From Candidatus Altimarinota bacterium (lineage in GTDB: Bacteria; Patescibacteriota; Gracilibacteria; UBA1369): a stretch of DNA of 64,000 nucleotides. The position numbers were made by a program, and so were the translations under genes. This document shows, piece after piece, positions 1 to 9,934 of the stretch (positions are counted from its first letter, which is position 1; the number at the start of each line of letters is the position of its first letter). The stretch is taken from contig OY782391.1 in assembly GCA_963677745.1 (NCBI GenBank), forward strand, positions 640,001 through 704,000. The letters are read 5' to 3'. Below the pieces are notes generated by a model. The model saw only the letters and a program-made list of their open reading frames with translations, did no database searches and was not told the DNA's origin.

Positions 1-2
1 TA

Positions 3-188
3 ACCTTTTTGGATAGTCAGATTAGAGAGAACGGACTGACCCTGATCCCCCTCTCTGTTTATCTCAAAAAAGGACGCATTAAAGTAGAACTAGGACTTTG
101 CCGCGGCAAAAAACTTCATGACAAACGCCAGGACTTGAAGAAAAAGGCTCAAACGCGAGAAATAGAGCGCCATTTCCGCCGTAGCTGA
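3..188 (+). CDS. smpB: SsrA-binding protein SmpB, 3' part (truncated by window start; not in ORF track)
   Basis: Frame 3 translates to ...[51 protein letters not shown], the characteristic SmpB C-terminus (GKKxHDKR). Confidence 0.95.
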   Translation, partial: TFLDSQIRENGLTLIPLSVYLKKGRIKVELGLCRGKKLHDKRQDLKKKAQTREIERHFRRS

Positions 189-206
189 AAAATAATTCAA
201 TTTATT

Positions 207-1664
207 ATGTCTGAAATTAACCCTTCCATCTTCAGAGCCTACGACATACGCGGCACCGCCGACCCGCTGCCGTCAAAACCGCAGCCTGACCTGACAATTG
301 AAACAGCCCGACTAATCGGACTTGGAACAGCTGCTTATCTGTCAAGAACTTATGGTTGTAAGAACATGCTTGTCGGCAGGGACAACCGGCTCCATTCGGA
401 AAAGCTGCAAACTGCCTTTACCGAAGGAGTCCTGGACTCCGGACTGGATGTAACGGATCTCGGCCTCACCACCAGTCCGATGGTTTACTTTGGCTCCTGC
501 CGGTACGGTTCGGACTCGGCAATCAATATTACCGCCAGCCACAATCCAAAACCGGAAAACGGTTTTAAAATAGTACGGGAACATGCCCATTCGGTCGCTG
601 ACAGAGAATTACAGGAAATTCTCAAATTGATTCAAAATGATGATTTTCTTAAACCGGCCCGGCCCGGAAAACTGACCAAAATTGATACATTACCCCGGGA
701 TTATCAGGACAAAATAGCCTCTGTAACCACTCTTTCCAACGCCAAAAACCGCCCTCTTAAAATTGTCATTGACGCCGGCAACGGAGTAGCCGGCGCCTAC
801 GCCCCTTCCCTCTTTCGGACCATGGGTTGCGAAGTTATTGAACTTTATTGTGAATTGGACGGCAATTTCCCCAACCACGAAGCCAACCCCGAACAGGCCA
901 AAAACATGGTGGACCTGGGTAAAAAGGTGGTAGAAGTGAACGCAGACCTGGGTATCGGTTTCGACGGGGACGGTGACCGCATGGGAGTAGTCGATGAAAA
1001 GGGCCGACACTATTCCGCCGAATATCCGATTATGTTAATTGCCAGAGATCTTCTTAAAGAACATCCCGGTGAAAAAATCATTCACGATGTCAAAGTCAAT
1101 CAGGCCCTGATCGACGATCTGCTGGCCCATGGCGGCCAGCCGGTCATGTCACGGGTCGGACACTCCTACATTGAGCGGCGGCTGGCCGCCGAGGGCGCCA
1201 CACTGGCGGGCGAAAAGAGCGGCCACCTGTTTTTCGGAGAAAGATATTTCCATTATTACGGTTTCGACGACGGCCTTTTCGCCGGCGCCAAAATAGTCGA
1301 AGCCCTCAGCCGGACCACCCAAAGTTTTTCGGAAATATTTGCCGGTCTTCCCCAGCTTCCCAATATCCCGGAGCTAAAAATCCCCTGTCCCGACGACCTC
1401 AAAGCAAGAGTGATTGAAACAGTCACTAATAATTTTCTGGAACAGTTGTCCAAAACACCCCAGGATCAACCTCCTTTCTCCTGCATCACTCTGGACGGCA
1501 TTCGTGTCACCTTCCCGGATGGAGCCTGGATTCTCATCCGTTACTCCAATACCAGTCCCAGTCTGACCCTTCATGCCGAAGCTCCGACGGAATCCCGTCT
1601 GCAGCAAATAAAGGAGCTGGCCTTCGGCCAGCTCCGTCAGTTCCCCGAATTGAACATCCCTTAA
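207..1664 (+). CDS. Phosphomannomutase/phosphoglucomutase
   Basis: IFRAYDIRG N-terminus, catalytic TASHNP, metal loop FDGDGDR, sugar loop GEKSGH, C-terminal RYSNT. Confidence 0.95.
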   Translation: MSEINPSIFRAYDIRGTADPLPSKPQPDLTIETARLIGLGTAAYLSRTYGCKNMLVGRDNRLHSEKLQTAFTEGVLDSGLDVTDLGLTTSPMVYFGSCRYGSDSAINITASHNPKPENGFKIVREHAHSVADRELQEILKLIQNDDFLKPARPGKLTKIDTLPRDYQDKIASVTTLSNAKNRPLKIVIDAGNGVAGAYAPSLFRTMGCEVIELYCELDGNFPNHEANPEQAKNMVDLGKKVVEVNADLGIGFDGDGDRMGVVDEKGRHYSAEYPIMLIARDLLKEHPGEKIIHDVKVNQALIDDLLAHGGQPVMSRVGHSYIERRLAAEGATLAGEKSGHLFFGERYFHYYGFDDGLFAGAKIVEALSRTTQSFSEIFAGLPQLPNIPELKIPCPDDLKARVIETVTNNFLEQLSKTPQDQPPFSCITLDGIRVTFPDGAWILIRYSNTSPSLTLHAEAPTESRLQQIKELAFGQLRQFPELNIP

Positions 1665-1687
1665 TCCGGGGGACAAACTCTTTTGGA

Positions 1688-4600
1688 CTATCTTACCACC
1701 GGACTAAAATCCTGTTCGACTTCAAATCCCGGCAGATCTTTGGCAATCGGCCTGTAGAAAAAGTTTACGGGATATTCATTCTCCAGGATTACCGGTAGAT
1801 TTTTGGTGACAAAATAAGTAGACCGCACCGAATTGGGAGCCAGTTTACCGGCCACCAGATCCTTGTCCGGATTGGTAGTTGCATTGTAAAGATCAGTTGC
1901 GTCTATGTCATATCCAACCACGCTGGCATCACAACCGCCATCCGGTTCGGTAGCTCTTTTTTGATCCTTGGCAGTACCATTAGAACAGATCTCCAGTCCG
2001 GGACCATAGTAACGCAGATAGTTTAGGTCAACCAGCCTGGCTCTGCATATACCTGTAACATTGGCATAATTTGTACAATAGGTGGTTCCGGTCAATACCC
2101 TGCCGTTTTCATCGGTTGGAGGAAGTCTGCTGGCATTACCAATACCGTTCATTGAAGAAAGTGTTCCCTCAATCACCAGCTGACTGCCAAATCGCTGTTG
2201 TCTGGCATTATCATCATCGGCATACATCGCAAAACCGTCTGCATTTGTAACAGGAAGACCCATGGACTTGTCATAACTCTGCATTACACGGTCCAGATAG
2301 ATCTGCGTATTCGAGAGCCAGGTTACATTCTTGTTCAGATAGAGAAACCCCTGATTTTGTTTATTGCCCTCCAAATCACGTAAAGCAATTAAACCGACCT
2401 GGGCATTATTAAGGGTGTTTATATTGGAATTTACTATAATACTGCCGTTCTCAACAATAAATGTAACATTCGATCTAAAAGTACAGGTTGAAACCGCCGG
2501 AGGTGGAACCGCTCCGCAATCAATCGTCAGATTATGATCTTTGAGATAATATACCTTGGTTTTAACCAATTCATTCAAACCGGTTATAGACATCGGATTG
2601 GAGACTGTTCTGTCCACACCAACCAATGGAGTGGTATATCCGGTCAGATACTTTGCCACATTCCTTACAATGGCTTCGCGTCTCAAATTGCTGGAAATAT
2701 TACCCAGACTCTTCAGAGAGACATCAGCTGACTTCTGAGCAAAATCCGTCATATAGACATTACCTTCCACCTTGGCCACCGGATTCACAATTACACCGGC
2801 CTTGATCCTCGGTAGTTTGGGACCCCAATATGAAACGGCCTGACCTCCTACCCTGTAAGTAACCTTGGAATGAAGATAAGGACCGGCCTGAGTAAGAGTA
2901 CTGGAAAGTCCCGTTGCAAACAGCTGGCCGATCCAGGTGTCGGTAGTGGCATTGCTTTTCACCATCTGATCCACGATGGTCGCATCAGCCGGATCGGGAG
3001 GAGTAGCCTTGGGAAACCCCTTATCAGTCAATAATTTTAATTGATAGAGACTGGAATCCTCTAATCCTATTCTGAAAGTCATGGCAGGAGCAATGGCGGA
3101 CGGATTAAATACCAGCTTGTCCATCTTGAATTGCTGTGGAGTATCAACGCTGTCGAGCGCAATAAAGTTCAGAGGATTGCCATAGGAGAGATAGTCCAAA
3201 GTGTCGGCCTTCACCAGCGGATTGAAACTGATTGTGGAAGAAGCCGTTGAAATATTGTACATTTCGCACTTGTCCACGTTAACCTTTCCATAGATACATT
3301 TGGCCGGAATTCCCGGTCCCGTACTGTACTGGAAAAACATCAGATCAATTTCCTTTACCTTCAGAAGATTCTGATTGGACTTGGTTACATCATAGGTACC
3401 AACATCAGCTTTGTTCCAATAATAGAATTTTTCATTCTGTGTACCGCCGGTCGTATTCATATCCGAAGTCGGAGCAACAGATGTAATCGGCCCCTTCCAG
3501 GACTGGGTAACAGGGTCATACTTAAAATCACTCAGACCATAGAGTCCATACAATAGTGGTTTTTTAATAGCTCCGCCATTAGTGCTGCCATACCTATAAA
3601 TATCCTGTTGTTGACTGGCCAAGGTGGTCTGGTCCAGATCGACATCATCCTCCCAGACATAATTCATTTTGGCACAATATTTTTTTGTGCCCGGAGCCGT
3701 CGTATACATATTCAGGGAAGCGCTGGAACACTCATCAATGTCGGTATCGGGAATTTTCACGCCGCCATCCACAAACCGGACGTCCACCTCATTTGTTTCC
3801 ACACCGTCGGCAAACGGGGCTTTGAGGGAATCGGTAATGACCGGACAGGTCCCGTCCAAATCGCAGGCGCACTTGGATTCTCCGGGTGAAAAAGCGGTAA
3901 CCGTCTCACGCGATGTCTTCCAAATCTTACCCGGCGCAACGGACTGCGTAGTCCAGATAACATTTCTGTAACGATCGGAAACCACCGCAGTTGGATTAAT
4001 TGCAGCCAGATCGGGATATAAGCCCATATTTACTCCCGTTTGGGTATCGGTCCGGCCAACTCCGGCCGAACTTCCAACCGACCAGATAGCTCTTTTAAAA
4101 TAATCAAAATTAAAGTGAGATAGACCAGCCACGGGGGCTGAATATTTAGCCCAAAAAGACAAAGTTCCCATTGAAGACCGCAGTTTGATCAATTCATTAC
4201 TGGAAGCCAGCCCCATCCAGATTGCACCGTTCATGTTGTCATATTGCAATTCCGGTGCTGCAACCCCCGTGCCAATTTCAGGAATATTAACAATCGAGTT
4301 TGTATATAAGCCCCCCGTTCCGGCAAACAAATTCGAAGAACTCACCTTGACGAGTTTATTATCACCCTGCAATACCCAGGTCAGAGCCGTATTAGGAGCA
4401 TAGACAACCTGATTTACCGTAACGCCGGCCGGAAAGTCCAATATGGTTACAAAACCGTCGGTACGGCGGTATTTCAACAAATGAGCCCCGTTCACATCGC
4501 TGGCCAGTACCCAGGCGGCAGCATTGGTACCGTCGGCGTACATATCGTGAAACTTGACCGGCAGTACCGCACCCGGCCAGGTAACCTGTTGTGACCAGGC

Positions 4601-5590
4601 CTTGTTACCGGTGGATTCATCAAAAGCGACTATGCCCAAATTCCCGCCCAAACTATAGGAAATCATATAAGTTTTATAGCCGGACGACTCGGAATCGACA
4701 AAGTAAGGACTCTTTTCATTTACGTCAATACTGGTGAAAGTTTTAACAGGATTGGGCACTCCCGTACTTATGTTAAATTTAACCAGATTTCTGGTACTGG
4801 CGTTTACCACCCATAAGTTGCTTCCATAGGTGGATATGGAGGTCGGGACATTACCATAACTGTCATAGGAAGTTCCGGTATCGTATGGCGTAACAGGAGT
4901 CGGCTTTATATCCCTCACGCTGCAAATATCAATGTACTTAATAATATTGGGATCCACAACCGGCGGGTCAGTATCATCCCAGTGGAACCAGACTCCTCCA
5001 AAATCCATCCAGCCGATGGTATCCGCCCAAGCATCTCTGGCCGCAGCCGAGAGACCTGGAGAAACCAAACCGCGATTGGGATTGGCCGGTACCGGTGACA
5101 TACGATGGAAAGCACTCTTGAAACTGATCCAGCCGATATTGTCACCCCAGGCATAACCGTCCATATCCACCGTAGCAAAATTACCGTTACCGTCAGGACC
5201 GGTCGTAGCAAAATCTATCTCATAAGGAAGTCCTCCACAGGGTATGTCCAAATTCTTCGCACCCGCTCCTCCCGGACAATACAAACTGATCCAGCCCAGA
5301 TTATCGTTCCAAACCCAGCCTTCCAGTCGCACCGGTTTGGCATCAACTCCGTATTTATCCACTCGTACACAGGCCTGATATTGACCGGGCACACCGGCAT
5401 CGTCAAAATCCAGAATTCCGCTGTTGTTAACACCTCCAACCAATAACGGCTGAGATGAACCGGTGACATCGTAACAGGGCGGGGTCTCATACTCCCTAAA
5501 ACCGGCCGCAGCGGCAGTTTCAACTCCCATCAGAATAATTGGCAAAACCATTATTGGCAGCCAGAAAATAAATTTATTTGGAAATTTCAT
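1688..5590 (-). CDS. Large secreted surface protein (GWxWxDNxGWIS repeats, beta-propeller-like middle, beta-rich C-terminus)
   Basis: ORF 1688..5710; likely start MKFPNKF (5590) gives a signal peptide ending ETAAA. Repeats GWVWNDNLGWIS, GYAWGDNIGWIS, AWADTIGWMD; recurring 'W-V...LVK' blades. Confidence 0.75.
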   Translation of the reverse strand: MKFPNKFIFWLPIMVLPIILMGVETAAAAGFREYETPPCYDVTGSSQPLLVGGVNNSGILDFDDAGVPGQYQACVRVDKYGVDAKPVRLEGWVWNDNLGWISLYCPGGAGAKNLDIPCGGLPYEIDFATTGPDGNGNFATVDMDGYAWGDNIGWISFKSAFHRMSPVPANPNRGLVSPGLSAAARDAWADTIGWMDFGGVWFHWDDTDPPVVDPNIIKYIDICSVRDIKPTPVTPYDTGTSYDSYGNVPTSISTYGSNLWVVNASTRNLVKFNISTGVPNPVKTFTSIDVNEKSPYFVDSESSGYKTYMISYSLGGNLGIVAFDESTGNKAWSQQVTWPGAVLPVKFHDMYADGTNAAAWVLASDVNGAHLLKYRRTDGFVTILDFPAGVTVNQVVYAPNTALTWVLQGDNKLVKVSSSNLFAGTGGLYTNSIVNIPEIGTGVAAPELQYDNMNGAIWMGLASSNELIKLRSSMGTLSFWAKYSAPVAGLSHFNFDYFKRAIWSVGSSAGVGRTDTQTGVNMGLYPDLAAINPTAVVSDRYRNVIWTTQSVAPGKIWKTSRETVTAFSPGESKCACDLDGTCPVITDSLKAPFADGVETNEVDVRFVDGGVKIPDTDIDECSSASLNMYTTAPGTKKYCAKMNYVWEDDVDLDQTTLASQQQDIYRYGSTNGGAIKKPLLYGLYGLSDFKYDPVTQSWKGPITSVAPTSDMNTTGGTQNEKFYYWNKADVGTYDVTKSNQNLLKVKEIDLMFFQYSTGPGIPAKCIYGKVNVDKCEMYNISTASSTISFNPLVKADTLDYLSYGNPLNFIALDSVDTPQQFKMDKLVFNPSAIAPAMTFRIGLEDSSLYQLKLLTDKGFPKATPPDPADATIVDQMVKSNATTDTWIGQLFATGLSSTLTQAGPYLHSKVTYRVGGQAVSYWGPKLPRIKAGVIVNPVAKVEGNVYMTDFAQKSADVSLKSLGNISSNLRREAIVRNVAKYLTGYTTPLVGVDRTVSNPMSITGLNELVKTKVYYLKDHNLTIDCGAVPPPAVSTCTFRSNVTFIVENGSIIVNSNINTLNNAQVGLIALRDLEGNKQNQGFLYLNKNVTWLSNTQIYLDRVMQSYDKSMGLPVTNADGFAMYADDDNARQQRFGSQLVIEGTLSSMNGIGNASRLPPTDENGRVLTGTTYCTNYANVTGICRARLVDLNYLRYYGPGLEICSNGTAKDQKRATEPDGGCDASVVGYDIDATDLYNATTNPDKDLVAGKLAPNSVRSTYFVTKNLPVILENEYPVNFFYRPIAKDLPGFEVEQDFSPVVR

Positions 5591-5876
5591 TGTGTTTTTA
5601 TTTAGATTTATTCTTATTATTTTAACACAAAACACCCCCACAAACAACAGTGGATTCTTAGTTTTTTCCCCATTTGGCAGCCAAAACAGCTTAAATTTCA
5701 ATTTGACCAACTTAAAAATTAGTTACAAAACAACCAATAAGGCCGTTTAACTTGAGCACAAAGCCAAAAAATGGCAACAGGCCTGAAAAAGCTCTATTTA
5801 AAAGCAAAATTCAGCGTCGGCTAATCGACAGTCAGCCGTAAAAAAGACCTTTAAAATTACAATTCACAAACCAACC

Positions 5877-5904
5877 TTGCCTTTTCGCTTTCCCCTCTTA
5901 TAAT
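5877..5904 (+). promoter_or_regulatory. Sigma70-type promoter for HU
   Basis: TTGCCT-N16-TATAAT about 30 nt before the HU start. Confidence 0.6.
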
Positions 5905-5936
5905 CGTTTTAGTCTAATTCTTAACAAAATAAGACC

Positions 5937-6212
5937 ATGACAAAGCAAGACCTCGTAAATGCCGCCGCCGCTTCCGCTGGTGTAACCAAGAAGGATGCAG
6001 CAGCAGTATTGGATGCTCTTTTGGAGAGCATTACAAAATCACTCAAAAAGGGTGAGTCAGTAACTATCACTGGCTTTGGAACATTCCGTGTTTCAAAGAG
6101 AGCTGCTAGAACTGGTGTAAATCCAAGAAACCCAGGTGAAAAGATCAAGATCCCAGCCATGAAGCTCCCTGCTTTCAAGGCCGGCAAATCCCTCAAGGAT
6201 GCTGTAAGATAA
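5937..6212 (+). CDS. hup: DNA-binding protein HU
   Basis: MTKQDLV...ITGFGTFRVSKRAARTGVNPRNPGEKIKIPAMKLPAFKAGKSLKDAV, the canonical HU signature. Confidence 0.97.
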   Translation: MTKQDLVNAAAASAGVTKKDAAAVLDALLESITKSLKKGESVTITGFGTFRVSKRAARTGVNPRNPGEKIKIPAMKLPAFKAGKSLKDAVR

Positions 6213-6230
6213 TTCTTACTTTCACAAATA

Positions 6231-6258
6231 AAAAGCCCCTCTCCGGAGGGGTTTTTTT
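6231..6258 (+). terminator. Rho-independent terminator
   Basis: AAAAGCCCCTC-TCCG-GAGGGGTTTTTTT hairpin with U-tract after hup. Confidence 0.85.
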
Positions 6259-6356
6259 ATGTCCGACTCTAAAACAGGCTTTTATTAAAACTTGCTAAAA
6301 TCACGCCAAAGCCCTAAATTTCTAGGGCATAATTTGAAAATTAGCACGCTTAATAC

Positions 6357-7376
6357 ATGTCAGAACAATTACTAAAAACCGCGATTTCAGAAATTGAAAA
6401 AGCTCAAAGTCCGAACGAGCTGAAAGAAGTAGAAATCAAATATCTCGGCCGATCCGGACAAATTACCGAACTCCTGAAAACTCTCAAGGACATGACGCCC
6501 GATGAAAAGCGTCAAAAAGGCCAATCTATCCAGGAACTAAAGAACGGCTTCACCGAAGCCTATAGTCAAAAAGACCGCCTGCTGCGCCGCCAGGAAATAG
6601 AAACCAAACTGACTTCCGAGTTTTTCGATTTGTCTTTCGGTGAAATCGATCCCAAAAGATCGCTGGAGCCGGGCTCGCAGCATCCACTTTCCCTGTTACA
6701 AAAAGAAGTTGAGGAAATTTTTGCCGAAATGGGATTTGAGATCGCCGACGGACCGGAAGTGGAAAGCGAATATTATAATTTTGAAGCCCTCAACATTCCC
6801 TCCTGGCACCCGGCGCGTGACATGCAGGACACCTTCTTTCTGGACCATCCCACCGACTCCAAACACGGTCATCTACTGCTTCGCACACAGACCTCACCCG
6901 GACAAATCCGCATGATGGAAAAACACGGCGCCCCCCTGCGCATCATTATCCCGGGACGTGTCTTCCGTTATGAAGGGGCCGACGCCACCCATGACAGCAC
7001 TTTCAACCAGGTGGAAGGACTCTTGATCGACGAAGGCATCGGACTTTCCCACCTCAAAGGCATCATGAGCGAATTTCTGAAAAGATTTTTCAAGGACGGC
7101 GTAACCGTCCGCTTTCGTCCCGGCTATTTCCCCTTCGTGGAACCGGGCATAGAAATGGACATGCTCTGGAAAAAAGGCAATCAGACCAGATGGCTGGAGA
7201 TGATGGGCGCCGGTATGGTTCACCCGAAAGTTTTACAGGCGGGCGGACTGGATCCCGACAAATATCAGGGCTGGGCTTTCGGTTTCGGACTTACGCGCAT
7301 GGCCCTGCTGCGCTATGGCATAGACGACATCAGATTACTCCATGCCAACGATCTGAGATTTTTAAAACAATTTTAA
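6357..7376 (+). CDS. pheS: Phenylalanine-tRNA ligase alpha subunit
   Basis: HPARDMQDTF, LLRTQTS, FNQVEG, YFPFVEP, GWAFGFGLTR motifs. Confidence 0.98.
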   Translation: MSEQLLKTAISEIEKAQSPNELKEVEIKYLGRSGQITELLKTLKDMTPDEKRQKGQSIQELKNGFTEAYSQKDRLLRRQEIETKLTSEFFDLSFGEIDPKRSLEPGSQHPLSLLQKEVEEIFAEMGFEIADGPEVESEYYNFEALNIPSWHPARDMQDTFFLDHPTDSKHGHLLLRTQTSPGQIRMMEKHGAPLRIIIPGRVFRYEGADATHDSTFNQVEGLLIDEGIGLSHLKGIMSEFLKRFFKDGVTVRFRPGYFPFVEPGIEMDMLWKKGNQTRWLEMMGAGMVHPKVLQAGGLDPDKYQGWAFGFGLTRMALLRYGIDDIRLLHANDLRFLKQF

Positions 7377-7377
7377 C

Positions 7378-9831
7378 ATGAAGATATCCGTTAATTGGCT
7401 TCGTAATTATGTTAATTTGCCCGACCAGAACGACTGGCAGGCTTTCGGTGATTTATTTACCGTTCGCACCGCCGAAGTGGAAGAAGTCAGTAATCTCGCC
7501 GAGAGTTTCGACAAAATGGTTGTGGGACAGATCGAATCGATCCAGCCGCATCCCAATGCCGACAAACTGAAAATCACCAAAACCCGCGTAGGCCAGGAAG
7601 TTCTGCAAATCGTCTGCGGAGGCAGTAATCTTTATGAAGGCCAGAAAGTTGCGGTTGCTTTGGTGGGAGCCAAAGTGCGCTGGCACGGCGAAGGCGAACT
7701 GGTGGAACTGGCACCTGTTAAAATCAGGGGAGAGGAAAGCTTCGGCATGATTTGTGCCGCTTCCGAAATCGGAATGAAGGAGGAAGAGCCTCAACACACT
7801 TCCAATATAGACGCTGGAACCGGCATCATGGATCTTTCCTATCTGAAAGACCAGCCTGGCACCCCGCTGGCCGTTGCCCTCAAAAAAAACGACATCATTA
7901 TCGACATCGAAAACAAAACTCTTACCCATCGTCCGGATCTCTGGGGACATTACGGGATCGCCCGCGAAATTGCCGCCATCACCGGCGAAAAGCTGAAGCC
8001 TGTGGAATATTTCCGCAACTACGACCAGAACCTTCCGGAAATCGTCAAAGTCCAGGTAAAAGATCCAGATCTTTGTCCCCGCTATCTGGCCGTCACTATC
8101 GACAACGTTAAAATCGGCCCCTCTCCCGAGTGGTTGAAAACGGCTCTGGAAAATACCGGCAACCGTTCCATCAATAACGTCGTCGACGCTACCAATTTTG
8201 TCATGCTGGAACTGGGCAACCCTCTTCACGCTTTCGACACCGCCACCATCGTCAAAGATCTGATTGTCCGCCGGGCCAAACCGGGGGAAATTATTGAAAC
8301 TTTGGAATTGGAAAAGAAAGAACTGGACACTGAAACACTGATTATCGCCGACAGCAAAAAACCGCTGGCCATCGCCGGCATCAAGGGAGGCCTTCATTCC
8401 GGCATCACCGATCACACCACCCGCATTACTTTGGAAGCCGCCAATTTCAACCCCGTCTCCATCAGAAAAAGTTCGGTAAGACTCGGCATTCGCACCGAGG
8501 CCGTCCAGAGATTTGAAAAAGACCTGGATCCTTTGCTGGCCGAACAGGCTATGGACCGGCTGGTAAAAATCATCCTGGATCTCTGCCCTGGAGCCTCCGT
8601 CATCAGCCGCAAACAGGACGTCTGCAAATTTAAATATAAAGTCCGCAAGATCAAGCTGGACCTCACCAAAACCTCCTCCAAAATCGGCGTTGATATCGAT
8701 GCCAAAACTGCTGCCGGTTTGCTGGAAAAACTGGAATTTAAAGTCAAAGCGGGGCCTGGAAAAAACTCCATCACGGTTGAAGTACCCAGTTTCCGCGCCA
8801 CCAAGGATATCAATCATCAGGACGATCTGGTGGAAGAAATCGCCCGTCTTTACGGTTACGAAAAAATCCCCGCCTCCATTCCCGAACTGCACGTCCGCCC
8901 GGCCCCCCGCCTCCACACCGAACGCCGTGAAAAATACGACATGCGTAACGTTTTAAGTCTGGAACTGGGCATGAACGAAACCCTCAATTACTCATTTTAC
9001 AGCCTGAAAACCCTGCAAAATTGTGGCCTGGACGAATTGAACCACCTGAAGATCCGTAACTATCTGTCGGAAGAGCAAACCCACCTGCGCACCAGTCTGT
9101 TGCCCGGTCTTCTGCACAACGTTTCTCAGAATCTCAAAAATTTCGACAGTCTGAAACTATATGAAATCGGACGTACCTATAAGCTGGTCAACTCTTTCTT
9201 TCCTCTGGAAGAAAAAGATCTGGCCGGAGTAATCGTGGTCGGCAAAAAAGATAAAGACCAGCCTTTTTATCAGGTTAAAACCGCCATAGAAATTCTCCTG
9301 AAACGCCTGAACGTCACTTCGCTCAAATACCGCAAAGCTGAATCCCCCAACCCGCTGGCCCATCCGGCCAAACATGCTGCCTGGTTCGACTTCAAATCAC
9401 AGCAGGAACTAATTCACATTTTTGATCTGCACCCAGAAGTTGCACAAAATTTCGATCTGGAAAAACAGCAAATCGCCTGCTTCACCATCAATTATACCCT
9501 GCTTCACAAGTTGGACCGGGCTGAGAAAAAATTCCGGCCCATTCCCAAGTTTCCGTCTATACAGATCGATGTTTCGCTCTTGGTGAAAGCAAACAAAGAG
9601 ATAGCTGATTTCGAAAAAGCCATTCAAAAAGCCGACCCCAATCTGATCTCCAGCGTAAAACTGTTTGATTTTTACCAGGGCGCCAATATCCCGGCCGATA
9701 AAAAATCTCTGGCCTATAAAATCACCCTGCAGGCTCCGGACCGCACCCTCACCGACGAAGAAATGAAACAGGCCCAGCAAAAGATTTTTGCCAATCTGCA
9801 GGCAATCGGGGCGGAAATCAGGGGCCTCTGA
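7378..9831 (+). CDS. pheT: Phenylalanine-tRNA ligase beta subunit
   Basis: MKISVNWL, HPNADKL, IRGEESFGMIC, INNVVDATN, DLVEEIARLYGY, C-terminal FDX-ACB domain; follows pheS. Confidence 0.98.
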   Translation: MKISVNWLRNYVNLPDQNDWQAFGDLFTVRTAEVEEVSNLAESFDKMVVGQIESIQPHPNADKLKITKTRVGQEVLQIVCGGSNLYEGQKVAVALVGAKVRWHGEGELVELAPVKIRGEESFGMICAASEIGMKEEEPQHTSNIDAGTGIMDLSYLKDQPGTPLAVALKKNDIIIDIENKTLTHRPDLWGHYGIAREIAAITGEKLKPVEYFRNYDQNLPEIVKVQVKDPDLCPRYLAVTIDNVKIGPSPEWLKTALENTGNRSINNVVDATNFVMLELGNPLHAFDTATIVKDLIVRRAKPGEIIETLELEKKELDTETLIIADSKKPLAIAGIKGGLHSGITDHTTRITLEAANFNPVSIRKSSVRLGIRTEAVQRFEKDLDPLLAEQAMDRLVKIILDLCPGASVISRKQDVCKFKYKVRKIKLDLTKTSSKIGVDIDAKTAAGLLEKLEFKVKAGPGKNSITVEVPSFRATKDINHQDDLVEEIARLYGYEKIPASIPELHVRPAPRLHTERREKYDMRNVLSLELGMNETLNYSFYSLKTLQNCGLDELNHLKIRNYLSEEQTHLRTSLLPGLLHNVSQNLKNFDSLKLYEIGRTYKLVNSFFPLEEKDLAGVIVVGKKDKDQPFYQVKTAIEILLKRLNVTSLKYRKAESPNPLAHPAKHAAWFDFKSQQELIHIFDLHPEVAQNFDLEKQQIACFTINYTLLHKLDRAEKKFRPIPKFPSIQIDVSLLVKANKEIADFEKAIQKADPNLISSVKLFDFYQGANIPADKKSLAYKITLQAPDRTLTDEEMKQAQQKIFANLQAIGAEIRGL

Positions 9832-9934
9832 TCTAAATCCGGGATTATAGTTGAAAGAAACAAGCGTTCAAGCCAAAAACTTTGTTTTTTTCGATGTTTT
9901 CCGCTAAACTTTCCGCGTCACTAATTTAAAGACC

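Noticed and set aside
5818-5838. Small hairpin CGGCT...AGCCG upstream of the hup promoter
   Set aside because: Only 5 bp with no supporting features.
5921-6196. Antisense ORF over HU, and many similar short ORFs opposite the giant gene
   Set aside because: Shadow ORFs of well-supported genes.
7453-8916. 487-aa antisense ORF
   Set aside because: Lies entirely opposite pheT and has no motifs; a shadow of codon bias.
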